Below are positions 49,830 through 62,199 of a stretch of DNA of 64,000 nt, piece by piece; position 1 is the stretch's first letter; every line of letters starts with the position of its first letter. The notes beneath the pieces were generated by a model, which searched no databases, was not told the origin of the DNA, and saw only the letters and a list, made by a program, of their open reading frames with translations. The DNA lies in the NCBI GenBank assembly GCA_950097015.1, contig CATNEN010000001.1:17236001-17300000 (forward strand). Direction: 5' to 3'. The position numbers were made by a program, and so were the translations under genes. The stretch is from Macrostomum hystrix. Its lineage: Eukaryota > Animalia > Platyhelminthes.

Positions 49830-50848
49830 TCGCCTTTTTACGGACTCAAATCGGACGGAAAACGGACCATCACAATTATGCGATTTCTACCTATTCTATA
49901 TACTCCTAAATACATAGCTATTCGAGATGTAATGCAATTAAAGCAGTTGCCGCAGTATCAATCATTTTATACGGCTATTGAGCGGTTTACTGCAGACGGC
50001 CGGAATATGCATGGCCGACCAGAAGATCGAATTGTATACACGCTCAGAATATTTTGATGATTCCACTATATACTCGTAAATTGTTTCACTGATGCACACA
50101 AATTTTATTTCCTAGCTCTCACTGATCAGTAAAACAGTAAGTATATGTATAGTAAATAATTTATATCTAAAAACTAAATATTACGATTATACAAACCAAA
50201 CATTTAACTTGCTGCACTACTAACGTTTAAATACGAGTAGTATTTCAAGCATGTTAGGTTCTGTACAGTAGATCAAAAAATGACCTTTTGCGGACTGGAA
50301 TCGGACTGTTGGAATTACACAATTTTTCATCTTTTAAATGCATAAGTAACGGAAAATAAAGCCGTTTATGACGTTTTCAGCAGCTAACTCAAGAATTTTT
50401 TTATGGAACATCGTCCTCCTCGTCGCCCTATTGAGGACTCAAAACGGACCGCGGACGCGTCGGCTTTTTGCGGACTAATTTCGGACTGTACGAATTACAA
50501 ATTTTTTCATCTTTTAAATGCATTTAGAACTGAAATCAAGGCCTTTTAAGACGTTTTTAGCAGCTAACTCACGAGTAATTTTTTTTGGAACATCGTCCTT
50601 CTCGTCGGCCTTTTTCGGACTCAAATCGGACCATTTTGGAGCCGGTCGACGCGTCGGCCATTTTCGGACTAAAATCGGACTGTACGAAGTACACATTTTT
50701 TCATCTTTTAAATGCATTTATAACTGAAATAAAGACCTCTTAAGACGTTTTCAGCAGCTAACTCGATTTTTTAGCTGAGCTGTCATAGGGTTAGATCGGA
50801 CCGTAGGCGTCGAAAAGACGTCTTTTCGACGATGCTTTTTACACCGGG
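49830..50848. mobile_element. Probable DNA transposon end (CMC/EnSpm-like) with subterminal repeats
   Basis: Multiple CGGACTNNAATCGGAC motifs, three 180-195-bp tandem units (50291, 50471, 50666), a 24-bp perfect palindrome, and an end reading ...ACACCGGG (CCCGGTGT on minus). The partner end was not found. Confidence 0.5.
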
Positions 50849-51263
50849 GAAGTTCTCAAAAGTAAATGTTATATTTCTTTTAATCAGCTTGCAGTTAATT
50901 ATAAGACTCAGATAATACTTTATCGTCACATATTTCGTAGTTATTTCCGAATATTAACTTTGTTATAATGCAATAAAACGTTCTAGAATATTCCGTTGGA
51001 CACTATAAATATAAGTAGCCAAGGAGTGCAATCTCCAACCTTCCTCAAGCTCTCGGTCATACGATCGACAAACAACCAAAAAGAACCACCGCCTTTGTTC
51101 TCTGATTCATTACGATTACGTTACAAACTAACAACAAGTAGGTTTTATTGCTATCATTTTATCCCTTTTATCTGTCCTTTTCTGTCTGCCCCACTTTTCA
51201 TGCAAAAATATCAATTTTTGTTATACATTACAGCTACGGTTACGGACTTTTTTAGCCCGTAAT

Positions 51264-52077
51264 TGTAATAAAATGAATGTCCTAGCTGGAGCGTGAGGAA
51301 TTTAAAGCTAGCGACTATTCACTATTCACCGGGGTCGGTGTCCTACAAATCGTTTCAATATCAGCAGGGAAATCTGGAATTAAATAGCGTTAGAGACTGC
51401 GGTAGCGAGCGAAGCAGAATAGATAAGCGATGAGACCTGAGTGTTCCTCCGGCCCGGCGAAACTCCCAATGAAAAGAATAACGCAGTATGAACGCGAAGA
51501 CTCGAATAATTTGATTAGGAGTGAGTTAATCGGCTGTGACTCTGATTCCAGATACGAATAGGAATGTGACGATTTAAAAAGACGAAGACCAAAGTCAGAG
51601 GCGGCGACAATTGTAGTTTACGGCAAGTTAGAGTCAGTTCAATGTCTGTGGTGTAGCGGTAGCACTTTATTGTTTGGGTGCACTGGGACGTACGACAAGC
51701 AGAGCGGTAAATAAGGCGTAGGAGCTCGATAGTAGTAATGGTAAGTGATAGCACGGCGAGGCGAAGTGGACAACGAGAAGATAACAACTTAACACGAACT
51801 AGAACCGGACAGGACAAGCTAGGACAAACTCGGACAAGACCAGACAAGACCGGGGTACGAAGGCTAAGAAGGTGACACGACAGGACCAGGTAAGAAGGTG
51901 TGGGGCGCGAGCGGGCCTAAACCCCTTAGTTAAGTAAACTAGGCAAACTGCACAACAGGGCGATCGATAACTCTGGCCAGACAGAGCTCGCACGCTCATT
52001 GGCCGGGGGGGAAATACATTGAACTACGCGTAGGAAATAAACTAGAATGGCGCGATGTGCGTTAACGGTTTCTTACA
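51264..52077 (-). mobile_element. Probable solo LTR (814 bp)
   Basis: TGTAA...TTACA termini, 5-bp near-TSD GTAAT/GTAGT, minus-strand AATAAA at about 51665, and a composition shift relative to the flanks. Confidence 0.5.
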
Positions 52078-52417
52078 GTAGTGCCCTAACCATTTGAATT
52101 AATTATATGAAATAGCAGAAGTGGATGAAATTTCACGATATGAGTTAAAACGGCCCAAGTTAGTACATTCGCAACTTAAGCATGTAAATCAACACATAGA
52201 GTAAATTCGCAGGGGCGCCTACAACAAGTGACAACGTCACAGGAAGAACTTTGAATATCGTTTACTTGACTTTAAAGTTATACTGACAGAATAGATGTTC
52301 ACACGGAAATAAATTATAGCGCGCTCACAGCGTAAAGCAACTTCGGTCTAACAATTTGGATATAACAATTTTTACTTTTATATATGGCCTAGATTATACA
52401 AACTTGAACTGGAGCTT

Positions 52418-52564
52418 GTGGGCACCTATTGTCCTTTAGGAAAATTCAAGAAACCAACAATGGGTGCCACGCTTGGCCTTAGCTGCATGCGTTTCGCACT
52501 AACAATTGGTGGCACCTATTGTCGTTTAGGAAAATTCAAGAAACCAACAATTGGTGCCACGCTC
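52418..52564. repeat. Two copies (90-bp period) of an approximately 55-bp unit with GGCACC...GGTGCC inverted ends
   Basis: GGCACCTATTGTC-TTTAGGAAAATTCAAGAAACCAACAAT-GGTGCCACGCT occurs twice. Confidence 0.8.
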
Positions 52565-53918
52565 GTCTCTATTAATCATCCCAGCCTCCCAGCCCTATCG
52601 CTGAGTTTCTTTTCATCCAGCTCCCTGTCCTGCGGCCTCTAAACCCAGCCCAGCCCATATTTCAGCTTCTTTCTTGGAATCACTCACACTGTAAAGTGTA
52701 AATTGTGCTGTGCTGTATGTGTTGTCAATAGACGGGCTTTTATTTTTGGAATTGCAAATTACTTATGTGACATTACTTTTTGTTATTCAATGTGACATTC
52801 AATGTTAGCTTAGCTCGTTTGCATGCACTTGTCACCATTGTCTGGGTGCACCCCCGTTGATGTTGTTTGTGTCTCATGCAATTGGTTTGCGTGCAACTGG
52901 GGTGGTCCGTCTGTCTGGGATCCCCAGATCCCCCCCAAATCCCCAGCCCCAGGGTCTGGAAATTAGACTGCATGAACGCAAATATAAGGAGCCGCGATAT
53001 CAGACTGGTTCTTTACTGTGTTTCAATTCTGGCCTTACTTCTGCCTTTGAGTTACTACAACTTATTTAAGAAGCCGTTTACAAATTATCAGTAAGATATA
53101 TACATGGAGCTTGTGGATGCACGGCACGATTTTGTGAATGTCACACGGATATGACATCCCTCAGAGAAACGGAAATTAAAGGGAATCATTCGTCATGAAC
53201 TTATACTCATCTATGAGCAAAATGAGGTGTGCAACGAAGCCAATAACGAGGTAAGTCAGAGTTTAACGAACACTGACCATATCAAAATAATAAATATGTC
53301 TGTGTATCTGCCTTAACCTAAAGTCAGTACAACTACTGTACCGTACTTTAGTCTTTATATGTTTGTCAGTAGATGAATCCGAGATATTATAAATATTAGG
53401 CCATATAGTGCAGCTTCGACGAAATTTAGCATTGGTGTCACGGTGTGGCAGCGATGGTTAGAGGAGAGAGTCAGACTGTCATTGATCCCACTCTGATGGA
53501 TGCATTTTTCCACCTGGTAGAATCCACCTGGCGGATTCACTTATCTATTCAATTTCACATTCAGTTGCCTCTCCAAATAAAAGAAATATTGGGGTCGTGA
53601 ATAATCGTTGGGGATCGCGATTCGAGACTTGAAGCAATCAGAATTAAGCAAAGCATCTCAAAATTTTCTCATTTACACGTTGCATGAGCAGTTGCTTTAA
53701 CTTTATACTCGCAATCAGGCATGAGTCGCTTTCTGTTATTTTTGTAATTAAAAAAACACAAAAACGCAATAAAAAGCATAGATATGCAAGAGTGAGCAGA
53801 TAAGCAAAAAAGGCATTCGACAGGGTGACGAAAAAATATCTCGTTTATAAGATGAGCGGCATGTTGAATCAAAGGCTCATAGGTTTATAGATTCATAGCA
53901 GAAGCCGTAGCAGGAGTC

Positions 53919-53990
53919 TAACAGTAGCTGGAACAGTGTGTTTAACAGTAGCTAGAACAGTGTGTCTAATTGTAGCTGGAACAGTGTCGA
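53919..53990. repeat. 24-bp tandem repeat x3 (TAACAGTAGCTGGAACAGTGTG..)
   Basis: Directly visible. Confidence 0.75.
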
Positions 53991-55442
53991 AATTTAGACT
54001 ACTGTTACAATAATTAATTGTAATTAATAATTTAACGCCGATTCGACGATTACTAGACCGCAGGCGCCTGCATCTGCGCCGCCGTTCATCAGCGACTGGC
54101 GGCGGAGGCGGCGGAGCATCCATTCTGCAATAATGCATTAAATGCATTAAAAGCAATTTAAAACTAGGAGGAAATTTCAGTAGGGGTTATGTGCACTCTG
54201 CCGCAGGATTTTCCGCGGAAAAGCCACGGGCCCAGTGAGTAAACATAGGCGCCGATGTAAATGCATTGGTGGATTCTGCCGCAGGGAAAGCCGTGGCAGT
54301 TCCGGGGAGGCCCAGTCGGATTTGCTAAAAATAGAAACAAGGGAAGTGTACATTACTGACCCACTTTACAAAGCATGCCACAAGTATATTCACTGTTCAC
54401 TGTTCGCTGCATTACGTTCCGCACAAATATTTGAAATGCATAGAGACCTGAAATTTCATATCGTGCGTTTCTAGGGCTGGAGTAACCTTGGGGTTAGTGA
54501 GTGAACATAGGAGCCTATGTAAATGCATTGATGTACTCTGCCGCAGGGAATGACATGGAAATCCCATGGAGGTCAGAAAGAAAATATGGCTTTTTATAAA
54601 AAAGCAACCAATTTGTTCAAATTCTAGCCCGTCCCAGTTTTACAAGACACAACACTGCAGCAATAATATAGGCGGGTTGGACTTAGAAGGTAGTGAATCT
54701 GCTTCCGATGTCTGGGTATTTAAACTATGGCAATGGGAATACATGGACCTATGCTTTCGGAAAGCTGCTTTCTGATGAGGAATGCGTGCATATAGAAAAG
54801 TAAAAATCTAATTAATTTACCACTGAAATCTTTCATTAAGGAGCTGTGCAGGAAACAATTGATAAGTTCATTGTTAACTAGAAGTTAATCAGTGTCGGCT
54901 TTTGGGTTTCTGTCTGCAAAGGCCTGACAAATTAAAATCAAACATTTAATAGATTATCGAAACACCATATACGAGCGTAGAGAGCTATAGAGAACAATAT
55001 CTTGAATGCCACAGTAAGATAAATATGTGGTTTTGTGGTAAAAGTGCCGGCGCACTTGATTTGCAATAGTCCCATTCCATGCGGATCAATATTCGCGAGG
55101 TTGTTATTGTTTGTACCAAAACACCGCGGGAACAGTTATCAGTTTCTTATCAGCTAATTTCGCCCACAAAACTCAGTAACAATCGGTTGCTGGACCAATT
55201 CACTGCATGAACAAAGCAGTTTGTGCGATGTGTGACTGGCTACCTGGTAATATTAATAATTTTCTGACCCTCTGTATGGCATAACAGTGTACACATTCCA
55301 AACAAAATGTGAAAAAAACAAAGCTGTAGACATAGCCGCTGTGTTCTGCAAGATAAGGGGATGGGAATAGATATAAAGAGATTAAACTGGACTTGAAAAT
55401 TTGAAATTTTCACAAGAGTCACTTTGAATAAATGTTAAGTCC

Positions 55443-56387
55443 ATGAAAGCTATGAGTCGTCCCCGGTGCCCATCCTACGTTCATGAAGTGTGTGCCACCT
55501 GCAACACTAGTATGCTCGGTGGACTTAAGCATCATGCTGTGAAACAAGGCTGCAATGTCACCCGATGGCCACTATGTCACCAATGTCAGTCGGTTGAGCT
55601 CTTTACTGTTAGAGGCCAAATAAAGGGGCATAAAAATCATGCTACTGTTAACTGGAGCTCTGCTGAGGATCGCGAGCGGGCGCGCATTACTGCTCTGGAA
55701 GTGGCGCATCAAGAGGAAGGCAAAAAGGCGGCAGAGCCGGAGAGCTCATTGAGTCAAGTAATAGCTAATTTATGCGGTCGAGTCACCAGCACTGGCGCTC
55801 GGCTCAACGCCCAGCCTACTGCTGCTGCTGCTGATGCTGCTGCTATAGACATCGGCACTCCCTCTCTGCCCGGCACCGCTACTGCAACAGCAGATTCTTC
55901 GACCCCTGGCGTTCTTTCAGCAGCTGCTGATGCTGATGCTGCTGTTGCTGCTTCTGCTGCTGCTGCTGCTCTACTTGACGGCGATGTCGGAGCTCCCCTG
56001 CTTGACGCTGACACTCCTAACTTCGAGCTGCATGAGCTGGACACCGCATTTTTTGAGAACCTTGATGAGCACGAAGTAATCGAACAGCAGCAGCTGCAGC
56101 AGCAACATGCAATCCCTGTTTCCGGGAAAAATATGGAGCGTGCCAGGATGCTAGCAGAAGTCAGTCTGTCTGACGTGATCCGCGACCTTGAGTCGGGTCC
56201 TGTGCCTCCACCACCACCACCAACACCACCACCACCGACTGAGGTTCAGCCTGCGGCCGCGACCGCTAATGAAGCACTGCAGCAGCCGGCACCCATCTGC
56301 ATCCAGCTGGTTCTGCCTAGCAGTGTTAACGGTGAATATTGGATTGGCTTGGAGGGGACTTTCCGAATTCGCCTGAGCAACTCTTAA
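55443..56387 (+). CDS. Intronless 314-aa protein with a Cys/His-rich putative zinc-binding N-terminus and Ala/acidic/Gln/Pro low-complexity C-terminal half
   Basis: ATG ORF with TATAAA at about 55372. Two CxxC...H clusters (CATC...HH...C and CHQC...HKNH). GC-richer than flanks. Confidence 0.6.
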   Translation: MKAMSRPRCPSYVHEVCATCNTSMLGGLKHHAVKQGCNVTRWPLCHQCQSVELFTVRGQIKGHKNHATVNWSSAEDRERARITALEVAHQEEGKKAAEPESSLSQVIANLCGRVTSTGARLNAQPTAAAADAAAIDIGTPSLPGTATATADSSTPGVLSAAADADAAVAASAAAAALLDGDVGAPLLDADTPNFELHELDTAFFENLDEHEVIEQQQLQQQHAIPVSGKNMERARMLAEVSLSDVIRDLESGPVPPPPPPTPPPPTEVQPAAATANEALQQPAPICIQLVLPSSVNGEYWIGLEGTFRIRLSNS

Positions 56388-57170
56388 TTGTAGTACCAAG
56401 TTTGAAATAAGTGGAGGAAAATAGAGTGATTTTACTGATACCAACGGCGCTTTTTTACCTAGGAGGATTGGAGGATCTTATTTTTTATTAACGTATTGCT
56501 TTATGAGCGCAGATTGATGGCATCTATTGGTGATTGTAGGAGTTAATAATTGTGTATCTGGAAATATTTTTTGTAAATTAAGTCAAGACCCATAAATTAT
56601 TTTCAAACGCGAATTTCAAATTTCATAATTTTTAGCATCTAACGATCTAATGTCTATAAAGTTAAAGTTTATGCATCTATGTAGTGCTGATTGATCAACC
56701 TGTGCTAGGGTGTCATGTGTTTAATGCAAGGATGAGGATTGGGATTGATTCTGGTTGGCTCTGCGTTATTTTTTATAATCTCCGTCTCTAATTAACTTCT
56801 GTTTCCAATGTTTTCGCATCGCATATTTTTAATAAAAGTAAAAACTGATACCTATTTTGTATCAGTTAATAATGCTGAAAGAATACGGAAGCGCTGCAAT
56901 TTGGTAAAGTTCGCGGCTTTGAGTTATTTAATTTTGATTTATCGATTTAGAGAGAACAACAGAGAGAGAGACTTGTGGCCAATGAATTTGCCCGATTTAC
57001 GCAGGGCAGATAGACAGGATCAGGCACACATAGACAGAAAATGGCGTATTTATTTGTTGGCTGGATTGACTTTTCCAAATTTTTACTTCTGATGTGGAGT
57101 GTGCTGCGGGAATCGAGTGGGAATGTGAGCCAGCATAATTTTTCAAATTTTTAAGTATCTAATAATTGCG

Positions 57171-59388
57171 ACCCACATAGCAGCTGGCCGCCAACAAGAT
57201 CATTAATCTTAGGGCCGGGTTTTGGGCGGCGGTGAATTAAGTAGCGTCGAATCCCTTTCCCTGGATCTGTCTAGACCCCTGTAGGAATGACTGATCGCGG
57301 CCATAACTTTTATTGTATGAGTAGTTTAGGTCATAATTCTCCTCCAAACCGCGATCAGATATCGGGAATCACTCGGGCATTATGAGTGATCATTAATTCT
57401 TCATGTCCCCACTTCTTTACAGTATTCGAGCCCAGCTCGACTTTATGACCTCCTCCCTGTTACATACATGTAAATGTCACTGTAGGCAGGTCGGCGCCTG
57501 CGCTTCCCATTGTCCCGGCGGAGTAACAATCATTGGCCGACCTCCGACGGCTGTTCGAGCAGAACATCTATCGTTTCCCGCCGTCGGTTCATTGGGTAAT
57601 CGGGGCGGCCATCGCCGCTTCGATTCCCCGTTGACAGGCTGGCGCGAATGTGGGTTGTTTTGATGGATGTCGGGGTTGGCGTGCTGCAGGACTATATAAG
57701 AAAGCGCGCTGCGCTGCCCCTAGGACAACCTTTTCCCGGACCTCGACCTATCCGGTGAACTATCTCATTGCCGGGCCGGACTCCCACCGGACCCAGAGCA
57801 CTTTTCCGGACCCACGTAGGGCTTAGACCCTTGAGCCTTGAGCTCCGCGTAGCTAGCACAGGCCCATTGCCTGTCTCCATTCCCCTAAGCGCAAGCCACC
57901 TCTTTAGGTGAGCGTTGAATTGAGCCTTTGAGCTCCCAGAGTGTCGGCCCCTGCCGACTCGCAGTAGTTTTCCCCTTCTCTGCCTCGCTGTTTTGCCCCA
58001 CCCTTCTCCCCGAGAACAACGGGACTGCAGCACGCGGCCAAGCGAGATCCAGATAAGTAATCCGCGCAGCGGTTTATTATTGTCACTCTCAAGGGACAGT
58101 TTACTCTTAGTCAGGCGGCATTTAGTGGGAGGGGATCTAGGGAATTGTTTCAGCCTAATAAACGATTGATTCACAGCACTATTAACTTATTGGGCTACGT
58201 TTAAAAACAACTTAATCCTTTTACTATGCCTCTCTTTCACCTTTATTTTATCGCTAGACAGCCCTCGATCATGAGTGGCTAGTTAATTAGGGGATGGGCT
58301 CTGGCAAGGCCGAGCTGAAGGCTGCGGCAGGAAGGCAACTGTAAGCGCGCATAAGAGTAATAAGGAGCTAGGGATTCGCGAGCAAAATGCGGAGTGTAGG
58401 ACGTGCATTTCTTCCCAGGAGGTCGGGGGAATCCTTGGCCGGCTTTCCTTCTTCCTCTCGGGCGGGTACAAGGTGTACGTACGTTCGAACTCCCTTTCCA
58501 ATGGTGTTTTCCCCTATCCCCCTCTCGCAACTGCGGCCACGGGAGCGAGAGTGATGATCTAATAATCTTGCGCTTGCTTAATCACTCAGCCAGTGTTCTG
58601 CTTAATCTCTCCAGCCTCTGTTTTCCTCATCTCACACAGATTCGGATTTGTTAGTTACCTAATGTGTAGGCTGCAATCTAATGTACGGAATGTGTCTGAT
58701 GTTTCATGAGTAGGATTCCGGCTATGGATTCTCATTCGAGTTCTTAGTACCACCTTTCTAGACCCCTGTAGCGCGAATTCAGGAATCCCCTTTTGAGGCG
58801 TGTCTCGATCCATTCTGGGGCTCTCACCCCAGTCTAAAACGGAAGTTGCAGAATGCCCTATTTTCGGCCTGTCTAGATCTGCGTGATAAAGTAGGAGCTG
58901 TGTACTCCGGGGACCCAAGTTCCCAAATGCCTGCGGTGGCAACGTAGGCGCATTGGGTGGTGGCGCTACCCTCGATCAACTATCCGCTTTGCCGATAGCC
59001 TTTCCGCAGTTCTGTGACAGGAGCCTAGGCCGATCCGACCACCGCTACCAAGGTTAGGAGTCAGTTGCGCACACACTACTGACGGCAGTAGACTAGTTAG
59101 CCCTGCCCTGTCCGGTTCCGGGCAGTCCGACCCTCTTCTTAGACTTTTAGCCGGTTTCGAGCACTGCTTGGGGTAGGCACGGCTGTCACGCCTGTGGCCT
59201 ATGGGACGAGTGGGACTGGCCAGCCTGAGGCCGATAGGACCACTCCCTGCATCCGCTGAACCTCCCTTCATCTTCTCTCTCTCTCTCCGCGAAATCTCGC
59301 GTGTAGCTTAGCGGTCATTAAAGTCGACTCTGTCGCCCGCCCTAGGAATCTCCTCTCATGAGTGCAGGTCAGCGCTTGCAAAAGACCC
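57171..59388 (+). mobile_element. 2.2-kb non-coding structured interspersed element, copy 1 (ACCC-bounded)
   Basis: Colinear with 59970-62199 from ACCCACATAGC to TGCAAAAGACCC, with unrelated flanks. TATA-like CTATATAAG at 57692. No long ORF. Confidence 0.8.
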
Positions 59389-59969
59389 TACCCATTTCAC
59401 TTCCCCAGAACTCACCAGAAAGCGATGCCGCCACCACCGGGGGGCCCGCCAGGGCCCGGCCAATGCCATGGTGGCATGAAACCGAAATTGCTGCAAAGTA
59501 CAAGACCTTCTGGCAATTGAATTGATTTAGAGAATTCCATCATTAGCTGTGAAATTAATATTGACAATAAATTAACTCACCCTCGGCAATACGCCGAAAA
59601 TGAGCGAAGCTTTACCTGCTCCATCAGGAGCAGGTAAGCTCGCACACTGTCTCTCTGCAAATTTTTTAAACAAAAAATATACAGCAAGGACGAAGGACGG
59701 TTGTTAGTACAATCCTGTATAATTGTATAACTGATAAACGGGGATAACTCATGAAATGGGATAACTAATCAACGGGGATGATTGCATGATAAAGTCGATA
59801 ACTGAAGAAGTGGGATTTTGGAGAAGGATTTGGGATCAGAGAAGGTCTTGAGTTCTGGGATCGAAGCTGTAAATCCCAAAACCCCGAATCAACGAATAAA
59901 TGCATATTTCTGCTATTGGCTGCACTGAAGAATTAATTTAAAGAGTTGGGAGGGTGCGGAAATGCACCC

Positions 59970-62199
59970 ACCCACATAGCAGCTGGCCGCAAACACGATC
60001 ATTAATCTTAGGGCCGGGCTTGGGGCGGCGGTGAATTAAGTAGCCGTCGAATCCCTTCTCCCTGGATCTGTCTAGACCCCCGTAGGAATGACTGATCGCG
60101 GCCATAGCTTTTATTGTATGAGTAGTTTAGGTCATAATTCTCCTCCCAAACCGCGATCAGATATTGGGAATCACTCGGGCATTATGAGTGATCATTAATT
60201 CTTCATGTCCCCACTTCTTTACAGTATTCGAGCCCAGCTCGACTTTATGACCTCCTCCCTGTTACATACATGTAAATGTCACTGTAGGCAGGTCGGCGCC
60301 TGCGCTTCCCATTGTCCCGGCGGAGTAACAATCATTGGCCGACTGCCGACGGCTGTTCGAGCAGAACATCTATCGTTTCCCGCCGTCGGTTCATTGGGTA
60401 ATCGGGGCGGCCATCGCCGCTTCGATTCCCCGTTGACAGGCTGGCGCGAATGTGGGTTATTTTGATGGATGTCGGGGTTGGCGTGCTGCAAGACTATTTA
60501 AGCAAGCGCGCTGCGCTGCTCCCTCTAGGACCTTTTTTCTCCCACCGGCTCTTCCCCTTCTCCCTGCCGGTTTACCTTTGCCGGGCCGGAATCCCACCGG
60601 ACCCAGGACTTGTCCCCCAGATCCACTTAGGGCTTAGACCCTAGAGCTTAGAGCTCCACGGCTAGCGCAGGCCCATTGCCTGTTCCCATTCCCCCTGAGC
60701 GCGAGCCACCTCTTTAGGTGAGCCGTTAAATTGAGCCTTGAGCCCCAAGCGTGTTGGCCCCTGCCGACTTGCAGCATTTTTCCCTTCCCGGCCTTTGCTG
60801 TCTTACCCCATCCTCTTCCCCGAGAACAACGGGATTGCAGCACGCAGCCGAAGCGACTTCAGCTAAGTAACCCGCGCAGCGGTTTTTGCAATTATTGCTC
60901 CTAAGGGGCTTTCTATTGATTAGGCGGCTATTAGTGGGCACGAGCTTAGGATTTGAGGCTTAATATACGGACTATTCATTCGCCAATTATTAAAACATTA
61001 GGCCAAATTTAATAACAATTTAAATCTTTCCGCCATGCTGTTATTTCCTCTTTATTTTCACATTAGGCAGCCCTCTACCATGAGTGGCTAATTTATTAGG
61101 GGAATGGGCTCTGGCACAGCCGAGCTGAAGGCTGCGGCAGGAAGGAAATTGTGAGCGCGCATGAGAGTAATATGGAGCTAGGGGTGTGCAAGTAAGATGC
61201 GGAGTGTAGCACGTGTTTCTTTCTGTCCAGGGGTGGGGAATTCCCTGGCGGGTTTTCCTCATTTCCTGGCGGATCTGGGAGTGCGTGTCAAGCTCCCCTG
61301 CCAATTGAGTTTCCCTTCTGTTTCCCCCTCTCGCTTCTACCGCCAGGGAAGTGGGGGGTGATGACCTTTTAACCTTACGCTTGCATAATCACTCAGCCAG
61401 TGTTCAGCCTAATCTCTCCTGCCTCTGATTTCCTCACCTCGCACAGATTCGGATTTGTTAGTGGCCTAATGTGTAAGCTGCAATCTAATGTAAAGAATGT
61501 GCCTGATGTTTTCATGAGTAGGATTCCGGCTATGGATTCTCATTCGAGTTCTTAGTACCACCTTTCTAGACCCCTGTAGCGCGAATTCAGGAATCCCCTT
61601 TTGAGGCGTGACTCGATCCATTCTGGGGCTCTCACCCCAGTCTAAAACGGAAGTTGCAGAATGTCCTATTTTTCGGCTTGTCTAGATCTGTGTGATGAAC
61701 TGGGAGCTGTGTACTCCGGGGACCCAAGTTCCCAAATGTCTGCGGTGGCAACGTAGGCGCATTGGGTGGTGGCGCTACCCTAGATCATTTTCCGCTTCGC
61801 CAATAGCCTTTCCGCATTTCTAAGACAAGAGCCTAGGCCGTTTCGACCACCGCTACCAAGGTTAGGAGTCAGTTACTTACATGCTACTGACGGCAGTAGA
61901 CTAGTTAGCCCTGCCCTGTCCGATTCCGGGCAGTCCGACCCTCTTCTAGACTTTTAGCCGGTTTCGAGCACTGCTTGGGGTAGGCACGGCAGTCATGCCT
62001 GTGGCCTATGGGTTGAGTGGGACTGGCCAGCCTGAGGCCGAGAGGACCACTCCCTGCATCCACTGTCTCTCCCTTCATCTCTCCCTTCATCCCTCTTTCC
62101 GCGACAACTCGCGAGGCTTTGCGGTACGACTTCTGACTCTATCGCCATTCCCACACTCCCTTCTCTTATGAGGACAGGTCATCGGATTGCAAAAGACCC
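59970..62199 (+). mobile_element. 2.2-kb non-coding structured interspersed element, copy 2 (ACCC-bounded)
   Basis: As copy 1. Removing it restores a flanking hairpin GTTGGGAGGGTGC-GGAAAT-GCACCCACCCAAC. Confidence 0.8.

Noticed and set aside
57171-59388. Hammerhead/twister ribozyme or telomerase RNA in the 2.2-kb element
   Set aside because: No CUGAnGA...GAAA core or CTAACCCTAA template was found by eye.
57403-60465. Conserved 86-aa ORF in both 2.2-kb copies
   Set aside because: It lies in a block that is near-identical at the DNA level, so conservation is uninformative. It is upstream of the TATA-like box and has no motif.
57171-62199. LTR pair flanking a 580-bp internal region (TRIM/LARD)
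   Set aside because: No TG..CA ends, PBS or PPT. Divergence is uneven, and copy 2 interrupts a hairpin spanning its own two flanks, so the copies are separate insertions.
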